Source: Patescibacteria group bacterium
Lineage (GTDB): Bacteria; Patescibacteriota; Minisyncoccia; Phycocordibacterales; UBA918
DNA: 53,565 nt
NCBI GenBank assembly: GCA_038061715.1
Contig: JBBTYP010000004.1
Span: 1 to 53,565 of the forward strand
Direction: 5' to 3'
Shown here: in pieces, positions 1 to 9,800 of the stretch
Layout of the letters: every line of letters starts with the position of its first letter
Numbering within the stretch: the stretch's first letter is position 1
Notes under the pieces: generated by a model
What the model was told of the DNA's origin: nothing
The model's database searches: none
Seen by the model: the letters and a program-made list of their open reading frames with translations, nothing else
Translations under genes and position numbers: made by a program

Positions 1-1796
1 GTGATACGGCGCTCAATACTTGGCCTGAACCGATCTTGGGTGTGCGGCTGATTTCGACCACTCAGTACGAACTATGGCGGAGTGACCTCGGTGCCAATAT
101 AAACTACCGCACCGAAGTAGTAGAGTGGCCTACCGCTGAACGAAAAATTGAGCAAAGATACTACTGGCTTTACGTCGACAACAACGCCGTCTTGCCAACC
201 GATCCGTGGCCAGCTGGTGCAAGCGACTTGGGTGAAAGCACGGAGATGACAGCTAACGACGGTGCCTTGGCTTTAGGTGATCAAGTGAGAATCAGAATGG
301 CTTTAAAGATCACAGGAGCGTCGCTGCCCCCTTCGACCGAAGCCTTTAAACTACAATTTGCACCACGTGTGACTACTTGTACGGCTATCACAAGTTGGTC
401 TGAGATCGGCGATGCTTCAAGCACCACGGCGCACTGGCGAGGGGTTAACAATACTCCAGCTGACGGCACGGTGCTTTCGACTGATCCACCGACGGGAGGT
501 GATTTGCTACTCTCATTTTCAACTGTCGCTGGTACCTATGAGGAAGCCAACAATACTGCTACGACGCCGTACCTAGCCTTTCCAAATGATCAAATAGAGT
601 ACGACTGGGTTGTCGAGCACAACGGAGCTAATGACAAAACTTCTTACTGCTTTCGCATGGTTGAATCAGACGGAACAGCTTTTCAAACTTACACTTATTT
701 TCCGACAATCCGGACTGTTGGCTACGAACCACTTGTTACCAACTGGCGTTGGTATGAGGATGAAGGTAGTGTGACACCAGTTACGCCACGCGCTGGAGAA
801 AATATTTCACCGAGCAGTGTCGAAAATCAAAATGCACTCAAGCTGCGTTTGGTCTTACGTGAGAGCTCTGGAGCCGATGGTGTGAATGTTAAATTTGCTC
901 TCCAGTACTCTGAATATGCTGATTTTTCTCAAGGCGTACACACTCTCACTAGCACGACCACCTGTGTGGAAAATTCCTATTGGTGCTTCTATGATGGTGG
1001 TGGAGTGGATAATGGTGTGCTACCAAGCACGGTTATTTCCGATGCCGACAGTTGTGTCGCGGGAGTGGGGGATGGTTGTGGTACTCATAACGAAAGTGCC
1101 ACTTTAGGTAGCACCTTTGATCAATTGGCTCTCACCAGTACCGAATTCGAATTCACTCTTAAACACGCGGGCGCTAGAGTGAATCGAGTGTACTACTTTA
1201 GACTGTACGACCTGACCAACGACGAAGCGGTTGGAGTAGCAGCTACCTATAGTTATCCTTCACTCGTGACTGAAGGTGCCTTACTGGCCTTCTCGGTGGC
1301 CGGCCTAGCGATCGGCACCCTGACCGCTGGCATTACTACCGACGCTAGTTCAACTGCCACCTCGATTAATTTTGACCCGCTGCCTTTTAATACTGAGATT
1401 GAAGGAGCGCAAAGAATTAGTATCAATACCAACGCCACTGAAGGTTATCAAATATTAAAACTAGCCGACAGTCAGTTAACAAATAGTTACGGCGATATTA
1501 TTCCTGCTATCACTGGGACTAACGCGATACCAGCTGGGTGGGCGGGTAGTTGCTCACTTCTAGGTACGGGCTGTTTTGGTTACCATACTACCGACGCCAC
1601 TTTAGCAGGTGGTTCAGCTCGCTTTGCTCCGACTGATTCCTATGCGGCGCTTGATACCGTGCCGCGGGAAATTATGTATAGCTCGGTACCGATCAGTGAT
1701 GTTCAAGATGTTGTATTTAAAGCCTACGTCAGGGAACTCCAAGCAGCGGGAAATTACACCACCAGTCTGACCTACATCGCAGTACCAGTTCATTAA
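1..1796 (+). CDS. Large secreted/cell-surface protein, 5-prime partial; two tandem beta-sandwich-like repeats plus a WxL-like C-terminal domain
   Basis: The frame of ORF 36..1796 stays open back to nt 3 (DTALNTWPEPIL...), so the gene enters from outside the window. Internal ~170-aa repeat: YYWLYVDNN...IRMALKI...FKLQF...YCFRMV versus NWRWYEDEG...LKLRLVL...FALQY...YYFRLY. The C-terminal ~170 aa (TNATEGYQILKL...AAGNYTTSLTYIAVPVH) resemble WxL-type surface domains, judged from memory. Confidence 0.6.
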   Translation, partial: DTALNTWPEPILGVRLISTTQYELWRSDLGANINYRTEVVEWPTAERKIEQRYYWLYVDNNAVLPTDPWPAGASDLGESTEMTANDGALALGDQVRIRMALKITGASLPPSTEAFKLQFAPRVTTCTAITSWSEIGDASSTTAHWRGVNNTPADGTVLSTDPPTGGDLLLSFSTVAGTYEEANNTATTPYLAFPNDQIEYDWVVEHNGANDKTSYCFRMVESDGTAFQTYTYFPTIRTVGYEPLVTNWRWYEDEGSVTPVTPRAGENISPSSVENQNALKLRLVLRESSGADGVNVKFALQYSEYADFSQGVHTLTSTTTCVENSYWCFYDGGGVDNGVLPSTVISDADSCVAGVGDGCGTHNESATLGSTFDQLALTSTEFEFTLKHAGARVNRVYYFRLYDLTNDEAVGVAATYSYPSLVTEGALLAFSVAGLAIGTLTAGITTDASSTATSINFDPLPFNTEIEGAQRISINTNATEGYQILKLADSQLTNSYGDIIPAITGTNAIPAGWAGSCSLLGTGCFGYHTTDATLAGGSARFAPTDSYAALDTVPREIMYSSVPISDVQDVVFKAYVRELQAAGNYTTSLTYIAVPVH

Positions 1797-1801
1797 ATGC
1801 T

Positions 1802-2812
1802 ATGATGATAACTATGAAAAAAACGCTCAAACTCCTTTCACTCACGGCACTTTTGGTCTTCCCAGGACTTACTCAAGCCGCTGAGGTTTCCTTTTCACCG
1901 ACCTTGATTGATCTTGAATTAGAGGCGCGAGAAGTAGTTACTAGAGACATCACTATCACCAACGAAACAGCCAGTAAAATTCATCTGTATGCCACAGTTA
2001 ATGAAATCGACATTGACAACGCTGGTGCTATTAAAGAATTTGTCGCACCAGTGATGGATGATCGCACGACTGCCATCACTAGCTGGATTGAAATTACTCG
2101 CGGCCGCATTGAACTGGAAGCTAATGAAACTAAAACTGTCCCGTTAATTGTTCATGTCAATCAAAATGCAGTAACGGGTGAGTACCACGCCTTTATCGGG
2201 TTAGTTAAAGAGGCGAATCGTCCCTTGGCGGAGGCTAAGGTGATGGCGGGAACGGCCGATGGAATTATTCTTAAGGTTGCCTTGGAGGATAAAGCAGCCG
2301 CTTCACTTAGAATCACATCTTTTCTGGCTGATAGATTTATGGTGCGCGAAGCCAGTCAACAGGTGGAAGTGACCATTAAAAATGAAGGCTCCAAAACGAC
2401 CGCTCCGCTTGGTGAAGTGGTTTTTTATAATTCAAAGGGAGAAGAAATTGCTTCAGAATCACTATCTACAAGCGGAATGAGTCTCGAGCCTGGACAAAGC
2501 GAGACGATGGCTGTAAGAGTTCCTTTCTCTCACAAACTCGGCCGATTTAAGGCCAATCTAGTTGTTCGGTATGGCAAAGATAATCAGCAGGCCGTTTTTG
2601 ACACTACTCAGTTTTATCTTATTCCACCACGCTATTTGATAATAGTTATAGTTTTAGTCATTTCGCTCTCACTTTTGATTACTTACTTGCTCCGCCGGAT
2701 GTTTTATGATGAACTACAGGATGACGAAGACGGTAACGAAGTCCCTCTGTATGTAAGTCCTAACAAGGAGCATATTACACACGACCATGACATTCATCTT
2801 ACAAAGAACTAG
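1802..2812 (+). CDS. Anchored cell-surface protein, DUF916/DUF3324 (WxL-interacting protein)-like
   Basis: 336 aa. Signal peptide MKKTLKLLSLTALLVFPGLTQA. Two beta-sandwich halves (VSFSPTLIDLELEAREVVTRDITITNE; MSLEPGQSETMAVRVPFSHKLGRFKANLVVRYG). C-terminal TM helix YLIIVIVLVISLSLLITYLL. Family assigned by motif memory only. Confidence 0.6.
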   Translation: MMITMKKTLKLLSLTALLVFPGLTQAAEVSFSPTLIDLELEAREVVTRDITITNETASKIHLYATVNEIDIDNAGAIKEFVAPVMDDRTTAITSWIEITRGRIELEANETKTVPLIVHVNQNAVTGEYHAFIGLVKEANRPLAEAKVMAGTADGIILKVALEDKAAASLRITSFLADRFMVREASQQVEVTIKNEGSKTTAPLGEVVFYNSKGEEIASESLSTSGMSLEPGQSETMAVRVPFSHKLGRFKANLVVRYGKDNQQAVFDTTQFYLIPPRYLIIVIVLVISLSLLITYLLRRMFYDELQDDEDGNEVPLYVSPNKEHITHDHDIHLTKN

Positions 2813-4397
2813 TCTTACTCTGATACTAGCAACCATGCTGGTATTTTGGAGTGTTTGGCCAAGTCTTGCCTGGGCGCAATCCTCCGTCTCCTTCAGTGTG
2901 TCACCGACTATTTTTGATATGACTGCCAATCCTGGTCAGACTTGGCAAAGTACCTTACGGATTATAAATCCCAATTCGTTTCCTCTTACTCTTTATATTG
3001 AACGCAACCATTTTATTCCTAAAGAGGAAGATGGAGTGCCGCAGTTTATTCCTCTTGGTCAAAGTCAGGATGACGATCCAAAGCTGGCAGACTGGATGGA
3101 GGTGCCAACCGAGCTGACTATTGAAGCGGAGCAAATGGTTGAATTGCCGATTAAAATTTCCATTCCAGCCGACACGGCGCCAGGGGGACATTATGCGGCT
3201 TTGATGATCAGTACCAGGCCAAACGGAGCCGCTGGAACTAGTATTGTGCAGACATCGCAAATTATTTCGGCTCTAGTCTTTCTACGAGTAACAGGTGACA
3301 TTAGTGAATCAAGCACCATCCGCTCTTTTCGTACAGCAGATTATTTTTTGAGTAAACCAGAGACAACCTTTGAAATAAGGGTGGAAAACAGAGGTAACGT
3401 TCACGTCCAGCCACAAGGAGAAATAAAAATTTACAATATGTGGGGTCAAGAGAGAGGGATAATACCTGTAAATCAAAGAACCTTATTGGGAAATGTTTTA
3501 CCCAATAGCGTTAGGAAGTTTTCTTTTGCTTGGACCAGTAAATGGTCGGTATCGGATATCGGTCGTTATACCGCCGTAGCTACTTTGGCTTATGGAGTTG
3601 ACTCAAGACAATTCATGAGTGCCGATACCGCTTTTTGGATTATTCCCTGGAAAATCATACTTATGCTGATTGCGGTTTTGGGCAGTTTAATTTACATAAT
3701 CACCTGGGCGATAAAGCTGTATGTCAGACATGTGTTAGCCCTAGCTGGTGTCACAGCAGCTGATCTAAGTGTTTCAAATACTGCAACTTTACCGAGAGAC
3801 AAGAAGGGTAAAATACAGCTTAAAGCCAGAGACGTTGCGGCTCCGATTGGAATAAGTATTCTTGATTTGCGCAGTAGGCTTAAAAGAACACATGGTCCTT
3901 GGACAGATAAGCTCCAAATATATTACGGTTTTTTAAAAACTTACTGGAAGTTTTTTACTGGCGTTGGAGCTATTCTTGTTTTAGGCTGGCTCATTGTCTG
4001 GTTTGTTACTGATGCCCTTAGTCCAAGTCGTGACTATGAAGTAACCGATCCAAGCACTGGCACCGTGGTATCAAGCAGCGCCGAGGCAAATCAAGTAGTT
4101 CTAGAGGATGCTCTTGGTTTACCAATTAAATTAGTGGGTCGCACAAAGGAGATTGATGTCATCACCAAAGTGGCCGATAAAGCAGTGTCTGTCGGTTTCA
4201 CCATCGCTACTACAACTAGTGAGATCGGGGTGGGTGAGGAGAAGACCGTCATAGTGTACGATCCAGAAGTCAGTGAACAGGCCCTACTTTTAAGTCGGAC
4301 ACTTAACAACGCATTACTTTCTGCCTTTACTACCATTGCGACATCAACCGAAAAGATAATTGTCTATGTTGGAAAGGATGCCGTGGTCAGTGAATAA
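2787..4397 (+). CDS. Paralogous DUF916/DUF3324-like surface protein with an extra TM and a LytR_C-like C-terminal extension
   Basis: 536 aa, overlapping the upstream gene by 26 nt. Signal peptide ends ...WPSLAWA. Motifs SFSVSPTIFDMTANPGQTWQSTLRIINPNS and VLPNSVRKFSFAW...GRYTAVATLAYG. TM IILMLIAVLGSLIYIITWAI, a basic loop, a second TM FFTGVGAILVLGWLIVWFV, then IKLVGRTKEIDV...TVIVYDPE...KIIVYVGKD. Confidence 0.6.
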   Translation: MTFILQRTSLTLILATMLVFWSVWPSLAWAQSSVSFSVSPTIFDMTANPGQTWQSTLRIINPNSFPLTLYIERNHFIPKEEDGVPQFIPLGQSQDDDPKLADWMEVPTELTIEAEQMVELPIKISIPADTAPGGHYAALMISTRPNGAAGTSIVQTSQIISALVFLRVTGDISESSTIRSFRTADYFLSKPETTFEIRVENRGNVHVQPQGEIKIYNMWGQERGIIPVNQRTLLGNVLPNSVRKFSFAWTSKWSVSDIGRYTAVATLAYGVDSRQFMSADTAFWIIPWKIILMLIAVLGSLIYIITWAIKLYVRHVLALAGVTAADLSVSNTATLPRDKKGKIQLKARDVAAPIGISILDLRSRLKRTHGPWTDKLQIYYGFLKTYWKFFTGVGAILVLGWLIVWFVTDALSPSRDYEVTDPSTGTVVSSSAEANQVVLEDALGLPIKLVGRTKEIDVITKVADKAVSVGFTIATTTSEIGVGEEKTVIVYDPEVSEQALLLSRTLNNALLSAFTTIATSTEKIIVYVGKDAVVSE

Positions 4398-4504
4398 TGC
4401 AGAAGTTAGCACATTTGTCTTGCTTTGTATCGTCAATGATACAAAGACAAGTGAAAAAAGTGGCGACAGGAAAATTGGTGTAGGGTATACTAATTAGACA
4501 GAGT

Positions 4505-4642
4505 ATGAGTCAAAAAACCGTCATATTGACTGCGGTTCTATTCGCACTAATTGTAGTTGGCATGTTTGTCTATGCATCGCTAAAGAACAAAGAAGTGAAG
4601 GAACAAGCAGGAGCCATACTGTCTTCATTTATCCCAGTATAA
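4505..4642 (+). CDS. Small single-pass membrane protein (45 aa)
   Basis: ORF below the track cutoff: MSQKTVILTAVLFALIVVGMFVYASLKNKEVKEQAGAILSSFIPV. Its TAA stop lies 2 nt before the next ATG. TATACT at 4487-4492. Confidence 0.4.
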   Translation: MSQKTVILTAVLFALIVVGMFVYASLKNKEVKEQAGAILSSFIPV

Positions 4643-4644
4643 CT

Positions 4645-5193
4645 ATGAGTCGTTCTGGGATAATCACGCTTGGATTAATGGCGGCGGTAGTTATTATCGC
4701 TCTACTTTATATTGTATTTCGCGACCAAAGTGTAGTACAGAAGAATAACAGTACGCCCGCAGCAACGGCTCTCCTACCAGAGGGCGAAGCCGATACTTTT
4801 AAAAATTTAGCCGGTGAGCCAATCTCTGTCGCAGAAGATTTTGGTTCCATTATAGTGGTCTCATCCTGGGCCAGTTGGTGTCCACAATGTGCTGCCGATT
4901 TTCCCAAATTGGGTGAAGTGGCCGCCGAATTTAAAGACCAAGACGTGGTGGTATATGCGGTTAATCGCGGTGAAGATCCTTATAGTGCCGAGCGTTATCT
5001 GGCGACCATCACTAGACCGGAGCATGTGCAATTTATTTTAGATCAAAGTGACTACTATTTTAAAAACAGCGCTGGCTACGCCATGCCAGAAACCATTGTG
5101 TACAACCAGAAAGGAGAAGTCGTTCTCCAACAGAGAGGAGAGCTGAAACTTGAAGAACTCAGAGCCACTTTACAACTACAAGTAGACAAGTAG
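4645..5193 (+). CDS. Membrane-anchored thioredoxin-fold thiol:disulfide oxidoreductase (TlpA/ResA-like)
   Basis: 182 aa with an N-terminal TM helix and the CxxC active-site motif WASWCPQC. Confidence 0.8.
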   Translation: MSRSGIITLGLMAAVVIIALLYIVFRDQSVVQKNNSTPAATALLPEGEADTFKNLAGEPISVAEDFGSIIVVSSWASWCPQCAADFPKLGEVAAEFKDQDVVVYAVNRGEDPYSAERYLATITRPEHVQFILDQSDYYFKNSAGYAMPETIVYNQKGEVVLQQRGELKLEELRATLQLQVDK

Positions 5194-5309
5194 CCTACTC
5201 TATATCTTATAAGATAATGGTGGTTTTAAGCCAAAATGTGTGAACAAAAGGTCTTTTGTAGGCTGAGTTTACTGGCCTTTTTGGATATTTAGTGTGATAT
5301 TATAAACTT

Positions 5310-6356
5310 ATGAAAAGCGAGAAGGTAAGTCGGCTGGTCGAGTACGCATTCTTTTTTGGGCTGTTGGCACTCTCGGGTTATATGGTGTGGCTCATTATGT
5401 CACCGTTTTTAAGTGCTCTGGCTCTCTCGGCTATTATTGTAACTATCTGTAGCCCACTACATGAGCGCATTAAGACCAAAATGCCAAACCAAAATAAGAC
5501 TCTGGCAGCCCTGATGACTACTCTTTTGGTACTGATAATAATTATTCTACCTGTTATTTTACTTTCTTCACTTTTAGTAAAGGAGGCCGTTGGTCTTTAC
5601 TCGGACATTAGTAGCGGACAGGACATCGCCTTCACACAGCTTCTAGGTGCTACTGAGGGGAAGATTCAACAATTCATTCCAGGCTACCAAATTAATTTAA
5701 CAGATCAGTTGTCAGTAGCTGGACAATGGTTAGCGGCACACTTTGGGGCAATTTTTGCTGGTACAATTTCCACTATTTTTACTTTTATTCTTTCCATCCT
5801 AGGCTCATTTTATTTTTTTAGAGATGGAAAGGAATTAATGCAAGTTCTTATTAAAGCTAGTCCGTTGCCAGATCGTGAAGATCAGGTCATTTTTGATCGC
5901 ATAGCCAAAGCGATAAGGGCCGTCGCTACGGGTACTTTGCTTTTAGCAATTATTCAAGGGACTCTGGTCGCTATTGGATTTTGGATGTTTGGTATTTCCA
6001 GACCAATTTTGTGGGGATCGCTTGCTTCACTAGGAGCCCTCATGCCCGGAGTGGGAACAACGATTGTGACAGCTCCGGCCATTATTTATTTATTTGCCAC
6101 AGGCAGCACTTTTATGAGCGGCGGACTTTTGCTGTGGTCGATTCTTATTGTGGGATTAGTTGATAACCTGGTTGGTCCTTATCTCATCGGTCGTGGTAGT
6201 AACTTACATCCATTTGTTGTACTCATCTCCGTGCTGGGCGGGATTGCCCTGTTTGGTCCGCTGGGCTTTGTCGTTGGACCAGTTATTTCCACTCTCTTTT
6301 TTGTTCTACTTGAGATATACAACCAGTACATTGTAAAGGATAGACCAGTCGTGTAA
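5310..6356 (+). CDS. AI-2E family transporter (PerM/UPF0118)
   Basis: 348 aa polytopic membrane protein. The GSFYFFRDGKEL motif and Gly-rich C-terminal helices are typical of the family. Confidence 0.8.
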   Translation: MKSEKVSRLVEYAFFFGLLALSGYMVWLIMSPFLSALALSAIIVTICSPLHERIKTKMPNQNKTLAALMTTLLVLIIIILPVILLSSLLVKEAVGLYSDISSGQDIAFTQLLGATEGKIQQFIPGYQINLTDQLSVAGQWLAAHFGAIFAGTISTIFTFILSILGSFYFFRDGKELMQVLIKASPLPDREDQVIFDRIAKAIRAVATGTLLLAIIQGTLVAIGFWMFGISRPILWGSLASLGALMPGVGTTIVTAPAIIYLFATGSTFMSGGLLLWSILIVGLVDNLVGPYLIGRGSNLHPFVVLISVLGGIALFGPLGFVVGPVISTLFFVLLEIYNQYIVKDRPVV

Positions 6357-6366
6357 TGATTTAGAT

Positions 6367-6801
6367 ATGAACGAAAAACGACACATCGAATCAATTTTAA
6401 GAGTCAACGGCATTACTTCTGCCGCTCCAGATGAAGAAATTAAAACTATTCTTTTAAGTGCTCGGTTTAATGACGCTGAGGCCGATACTGCTTTGGTAAT
6501 TCTTCGAGAAAATGCTCGAACCAGTGACGTTACAATTGATGGCCTGCACAAGGTTTTTCGAACAGACACTGCTCTCAAACCAGCCGAAGTTTCGCAACTG
6601 TTGGGTATTGATTACCAAACTAGTGGAGCTTACCCTAAACGCACTAGCGGTAGAGACTCTTCATTTTTTGAACTGATTTTATTAAGCCTGGCCTCATCGT
6701 TGGTAGCGATTGTTTGTCTTTTGATGTACATGTACTCTGAAAATGTAGGCCTGTTTCATCCTAGTGCCGAACCAGTCATGGGTTTAACTAAAAGTACTTA
6801 A
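6367..6801 (+). CDS. Hypothetical protein with a C-terminal TM helix
   Basis: 144-aa ORF in operon spacing. TM LILLSLASSLVAIVCLLMYMY. Its stop overlaps the next start (TAATG). Confidence 0.5.
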   Translation: MNEKRHIESILRVNGITSAAPDEEIKTILLSARFNDAEADTALVILRENARTSDVTIDGLHKVFRTDTALKPAEVSQLLGIDYQTSGAYPKRTSGRDSSFFELILLSLASSLVAIVCLLMYMYSENVGLFHPSAEPVMGLTKST

Positions 6802-7928
6802 TGCCAGCCAGGACCATTTTTTTATTGTTAATTCCAATATTAATGGCTCAGGTTTTGTCGCTGCAACCGAGTTGGTTTTTAGTGAAAGAACACTCAGTGG
6901 GAAATCTTTCACAGGTGACAGAAAAGGCAAAGGTATATGTCGCTAAAACATTTACAGAGGCGACCCTAAGTAGTGTAAACTCGATACCTTATGACACCGT
7001 CGTCTTTACTGGCGATGTAATGCTAGGGAGGTATGTCGAGACACTAATGATCGAAAACGGTTCAACTTACCCCTACTCAGCTCTTTCTCTTAATAAACTA
7101 TCCGCCAAGCCAGCGGTGGTGGGCAATTTTGAAGCTGCGATGGCCCTAATTCACACACAAACACCTCACAACACTTTGCGCTTCTCCGTCTCCAATGATT
7201 ACCTGGAGGCTTTTTCTGAGCAATTTACCCATGCTTCACTGGCTAATAACCATTCACTAGACTTCAATGAAGAAGCTTATTTAAATACTGTGCATCTTTT
7301 AGAAAAGCAATCGGTTGACGTTTTTGGTCACAATTCTCGAATCGATAAGTCGTCACTTTCGTATCTGGAAACAAAACGTGGAGTGATTGCTCTTTTGGGT
7401 ATCAACGCTTCACAACATATTCCCGAAGAGTCTGAATTGGTAACACTCACTCAAAAGGCAAAAAGACGAAGTGACTTTCAAGTAGCCTATATCCATTGGG
7501 GCGATGAATACGAACCAAAGCACAGTGACACCCAGGAAGTCTTGGCTGGAGTTCTGGTGACGGCGGGTGTCGATTTGATTATTGGACACCACCCACACGT
7601 TGTTCAAGATATAGATCTTATTAACGGTGTTCCCGTCTTCTATTCACTGGGAAATTACATATTCGATCAATATTTTAGTTCAGAAGTAAAACAAGGTTTG
7701 GTGGTAGCGCTCCGCTTGGAAGAAACACCAGCTCTAGAACTTATACCGGTCTCCAGTAAAGAAAAAAAATCCAGACCGACGCAAAACGATGATCTTAGCC
7801 GTCAGACATTTCTGAATGAACTAGCATCTCGTAGTCATCCGTCACTAAAGGAATCAATTGAAGCGGGCCGAATCAATCTTTTTGAACCAGTTGCAACTTC
7901 TACAAAAATGGCTATTATGTGGCAATAA
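6801..7928 (+). CDS. CapA family (PGA_cap) metallophosphatase-like protein
   Basis: Signal/TM at the N-terminus. Motifs VVFTGDVMLGR, ANNHSLDF, YIHWGDEY and IIGHHPHVVQ are characteristic of CapA-like proteins. Confidence 0.75.
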   Translation: MPARTIFLLLIPILMAQVLSLQPSWFLVKEHSVGNLSQVTEKAKVYVAKTFTEATLSSVNSIPYDTVVFTGDVMLGRYVETLMIENGSTYPYSALSLNKLSAKPAVVGNFEAAMALIHTQTPHNTLRFSVSNDYLEAFSEQFTHASLANNHSLDFNEEAYLNTVHLLEKQSVDVFGHNSRIDKSSLSYLETKRGVIALLGINASQHIPEESELVTLTQKAKRRSDFQVAYIHWGDEYEPKHSDTQEVLAGVLVTAGVDLIIGHHPHVVQDIDLINGVPVFYSLGNYIFDQYFSSEVKQGLVVALRLEETPALELIPVSSKEKKSRPTQNDDLSRQTFLNELASRSHPSLKESIEAGRINLFEPVATSTKMAIMWQ

Positions 7929-7937
7929 TTCTTAATT

Positions 7938-8477
7938 ATGTTCAGAAAATACGAACTTATCGGTGCTGGTATCTGTATCGCAGCCATGGCGGCCGCGCTC
8001 TACCTTATTCAACTGGAAACCCACCAAGCATTGTTTGGAGCTGCCAGACAAAATGCAGCCGTCGCTGATAGTGAAGTGGTGGTCGTGGCGGCAGGTGAAG
8101 AGACCGCGAAACGAACCGAAGCAATTACGCAAGCAGCTGATAGTAATGGTGTTGTTAAATCTATGATTATTGAGGATATTAAAAAAGGAGAAGGGGCTGA
8201 AGTAAAAGCGGGTGACAATGTGTCTGTGCACTACATTGGGACTCTTCAAAATGGAACCGAATTTGATAATTCTAGGAAACGCGGAGAACCATTCACTTTC
8301 ACTGTTGGCGGCGGACAAGTGATTAAAGGCTGGGAAGAAGGACTGATTGGCATGAAAGTAGGCGGACAGCGTATTTTAGTGATCCCACCCGAAAAGGCCT
8401 ATGGCGTAAATGGCGTCGGTCCGATTCCCGCAAACGCCACTCTAGTGTTTGCAATTGAGTTAATAGAAGTCAAGTAA
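7938..8477 (+). CDS. FKBP-type peptidyl-prolyl cis-trans isomerase, membrane-anchored
   Basis: VSVHYIGTLQNGTEFDNSRKRGEPFTFTVGGGQVIKGWEEGLIGMKVGGQRILVIPPEKAYG matches the FKBP core. N-terminal TM helix. Confidence 0.9.
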   Translation: MFRKYELIGAGICIAAMAAALYLIQLETHQALFGAARQNAAVADSEVVVVAAGEETAKRTEAITQAADSNGVVKSMIIEDIKKGEGAEVKAGDNVSVHYIGTLQNGTEFDNSRKRGEPFTFTVGGGQVIKGWEEGLIGMKVGGQRILVIPPEKAYGVNGVGPIPANATLVFAIELIEVK

Positions 8478-8481
8478 AAAC

Positions 8482-8517
8482 AATGCGCCGTCCAAAGACC
8501 TGGCGCATTATTTTTTT
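8482..8517 (+). terminator. Rho-independent terminator after the FKBP gene
   Basis: 8-bp stem AATGCGCC (8482-8489) / GGCGCATT (8502-8509), followed by T7 (8511-8517). Confidence 0.8.
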
Positions 8518-8539
8518 GCGTCACTAGGCCCCATGATTC

Positions 8540-9751
8540 ATGGCAGAAAAACCAGTAACATTTGAAATAATTAAAAAGGATACGAAATCGATGGCTCGGG
8601 CCGGGATTATCCATACCCCACATGGCGACATAGAAACCCCGGCCTTTGTAGTGGTTGGTACTAAAGGTACTGTCAAAAGCATCAAACCCGAAGATATGCG
8701 CGAGTACGTTGGTAATCAAGTAGCTTTAGCCAATACTTATCACCTCTTCTTACAACCAGGTGATGATGTGGTAAAGGATGCCGGTGGTTTGCATAAGTTT
8801 GCTAATTGGGATATACCGACCATTACGGACAGCGGTGGCTTCCAAGTGTTTTCTCTCGGCGCCGCCTTTGGGAAGGGGGTGACCAAATTTGCGGCTGGCG
8901 CCGTGACAGAAGAAACCAAACAGCAATACCATGGTCTCAATGTTTACTCTAAAGAAGCGGCCAGCGAACACGGCAAGCTTTGTATTATTGACGAAGAAGG
9001 TGTTACTTTCACTTCTCACATCGATGGCTCACTACACCGCTTTACTGCCGAACGTTCGATTGATATTCAACACAACATAGGGGCGGACATCATTATCGCA
9101 TTTGATGAATGCACCAGCCCAACGGCCGACTATGAGTACCAAAAAGAAGCGATGGAACGCACACACCGCTGGGCCAAGCGCAGTATCATGGCGCATAAGC
9201 AAAACTACGATGCTATTAAGAGGCAGGGGTTATACGGGGTAGTGCAAGGTGGGCGTCATCTTGACTTGCGTAAAGCCAGTGCCACCATCCTGGCCGCGAT
9301 GGACTTTGACGGTTTTGGAATTGGCGGTAGTTTTAGTAAGGCCGATTTGGGTGAAGCCATAAAAGTAGTAAACGAGATTCTTCCTGAAAACAAACCGCGC
9401 CATCTGCTTGGTATTGGTGAGCCAGAGGATATTTTAGAAGGTGTGCGACTCGGTTGTGATACTTTTGACTGCGTCGCCCCGACTCGTATCGCTCGCACCG
9501 GTACCATTTATGAAATGACAAAGGAAGGTCATCGCCGCACCAATCTTTTAAACGCAAAGTACCAGCGTGATTTTAGTAAACCAGACGGATCTTGCGATTG
9601 TTACGTCTGTACTAACTACACCAAAGCCTATTTAGCTCATCTTTTCCGCTCCAAAGAAATGCTCGGCGCTCACCTAGCGTCCCTGCACAACCTCTACTAC
9701 ATCGTTAATTTCACTAAACGTTTGCGTGAAGAAATCTTGACAAGTCGGTAA
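8540..9751 (+). CDS. tgt: tRNA-guanine transglycosylase (queuine tRNA-ribosyltransferase)
   Basis: 403 aa. Motifs DSGGFQVFSL, LLGIGEPEDI and the zinc site CDCYVC...H. Confidence 0.95.
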   Translation: MAEKPVTFEIIKKDTKSMARAGIIHTPHGDIETPAFVVVGTKGTVKSIKPEDMREYVGNQVALANTYHLFLQPGDDVVKDAGGLHKFANWDIPTITDSGGFQVFSLGAAFGKGVTKFAAGAVTEETKQQYHGLNVYSKEAASEHGKLCIIDEEGVTFTSHIDGSLHRFTAERSIDIQHNIGADIIIAFDECTSPTADYEYQKEAMERTHRWAKRSIMAHKQNYDAIKRQGLYGVVQGGRHLDLRKASATILAAMDFDGFGIGGSFSKADLGEAIKVVNEILPENKPRHLLGIGEPEDILEGVRLGCDTFDCVAPTRIARTGTIYEMTKEGHRRTNLLNAKYQRDFSKPDGSCDCYVCTNYTKAYLAHLFRSKEMLGAHLASLHNLYYIVNFTKRLREEILTSR

Positions 9752-9800
9752 GATTATGACATTTTAGGTTAAACCTGAACCAGCTGAAAAGGAGAATGAA

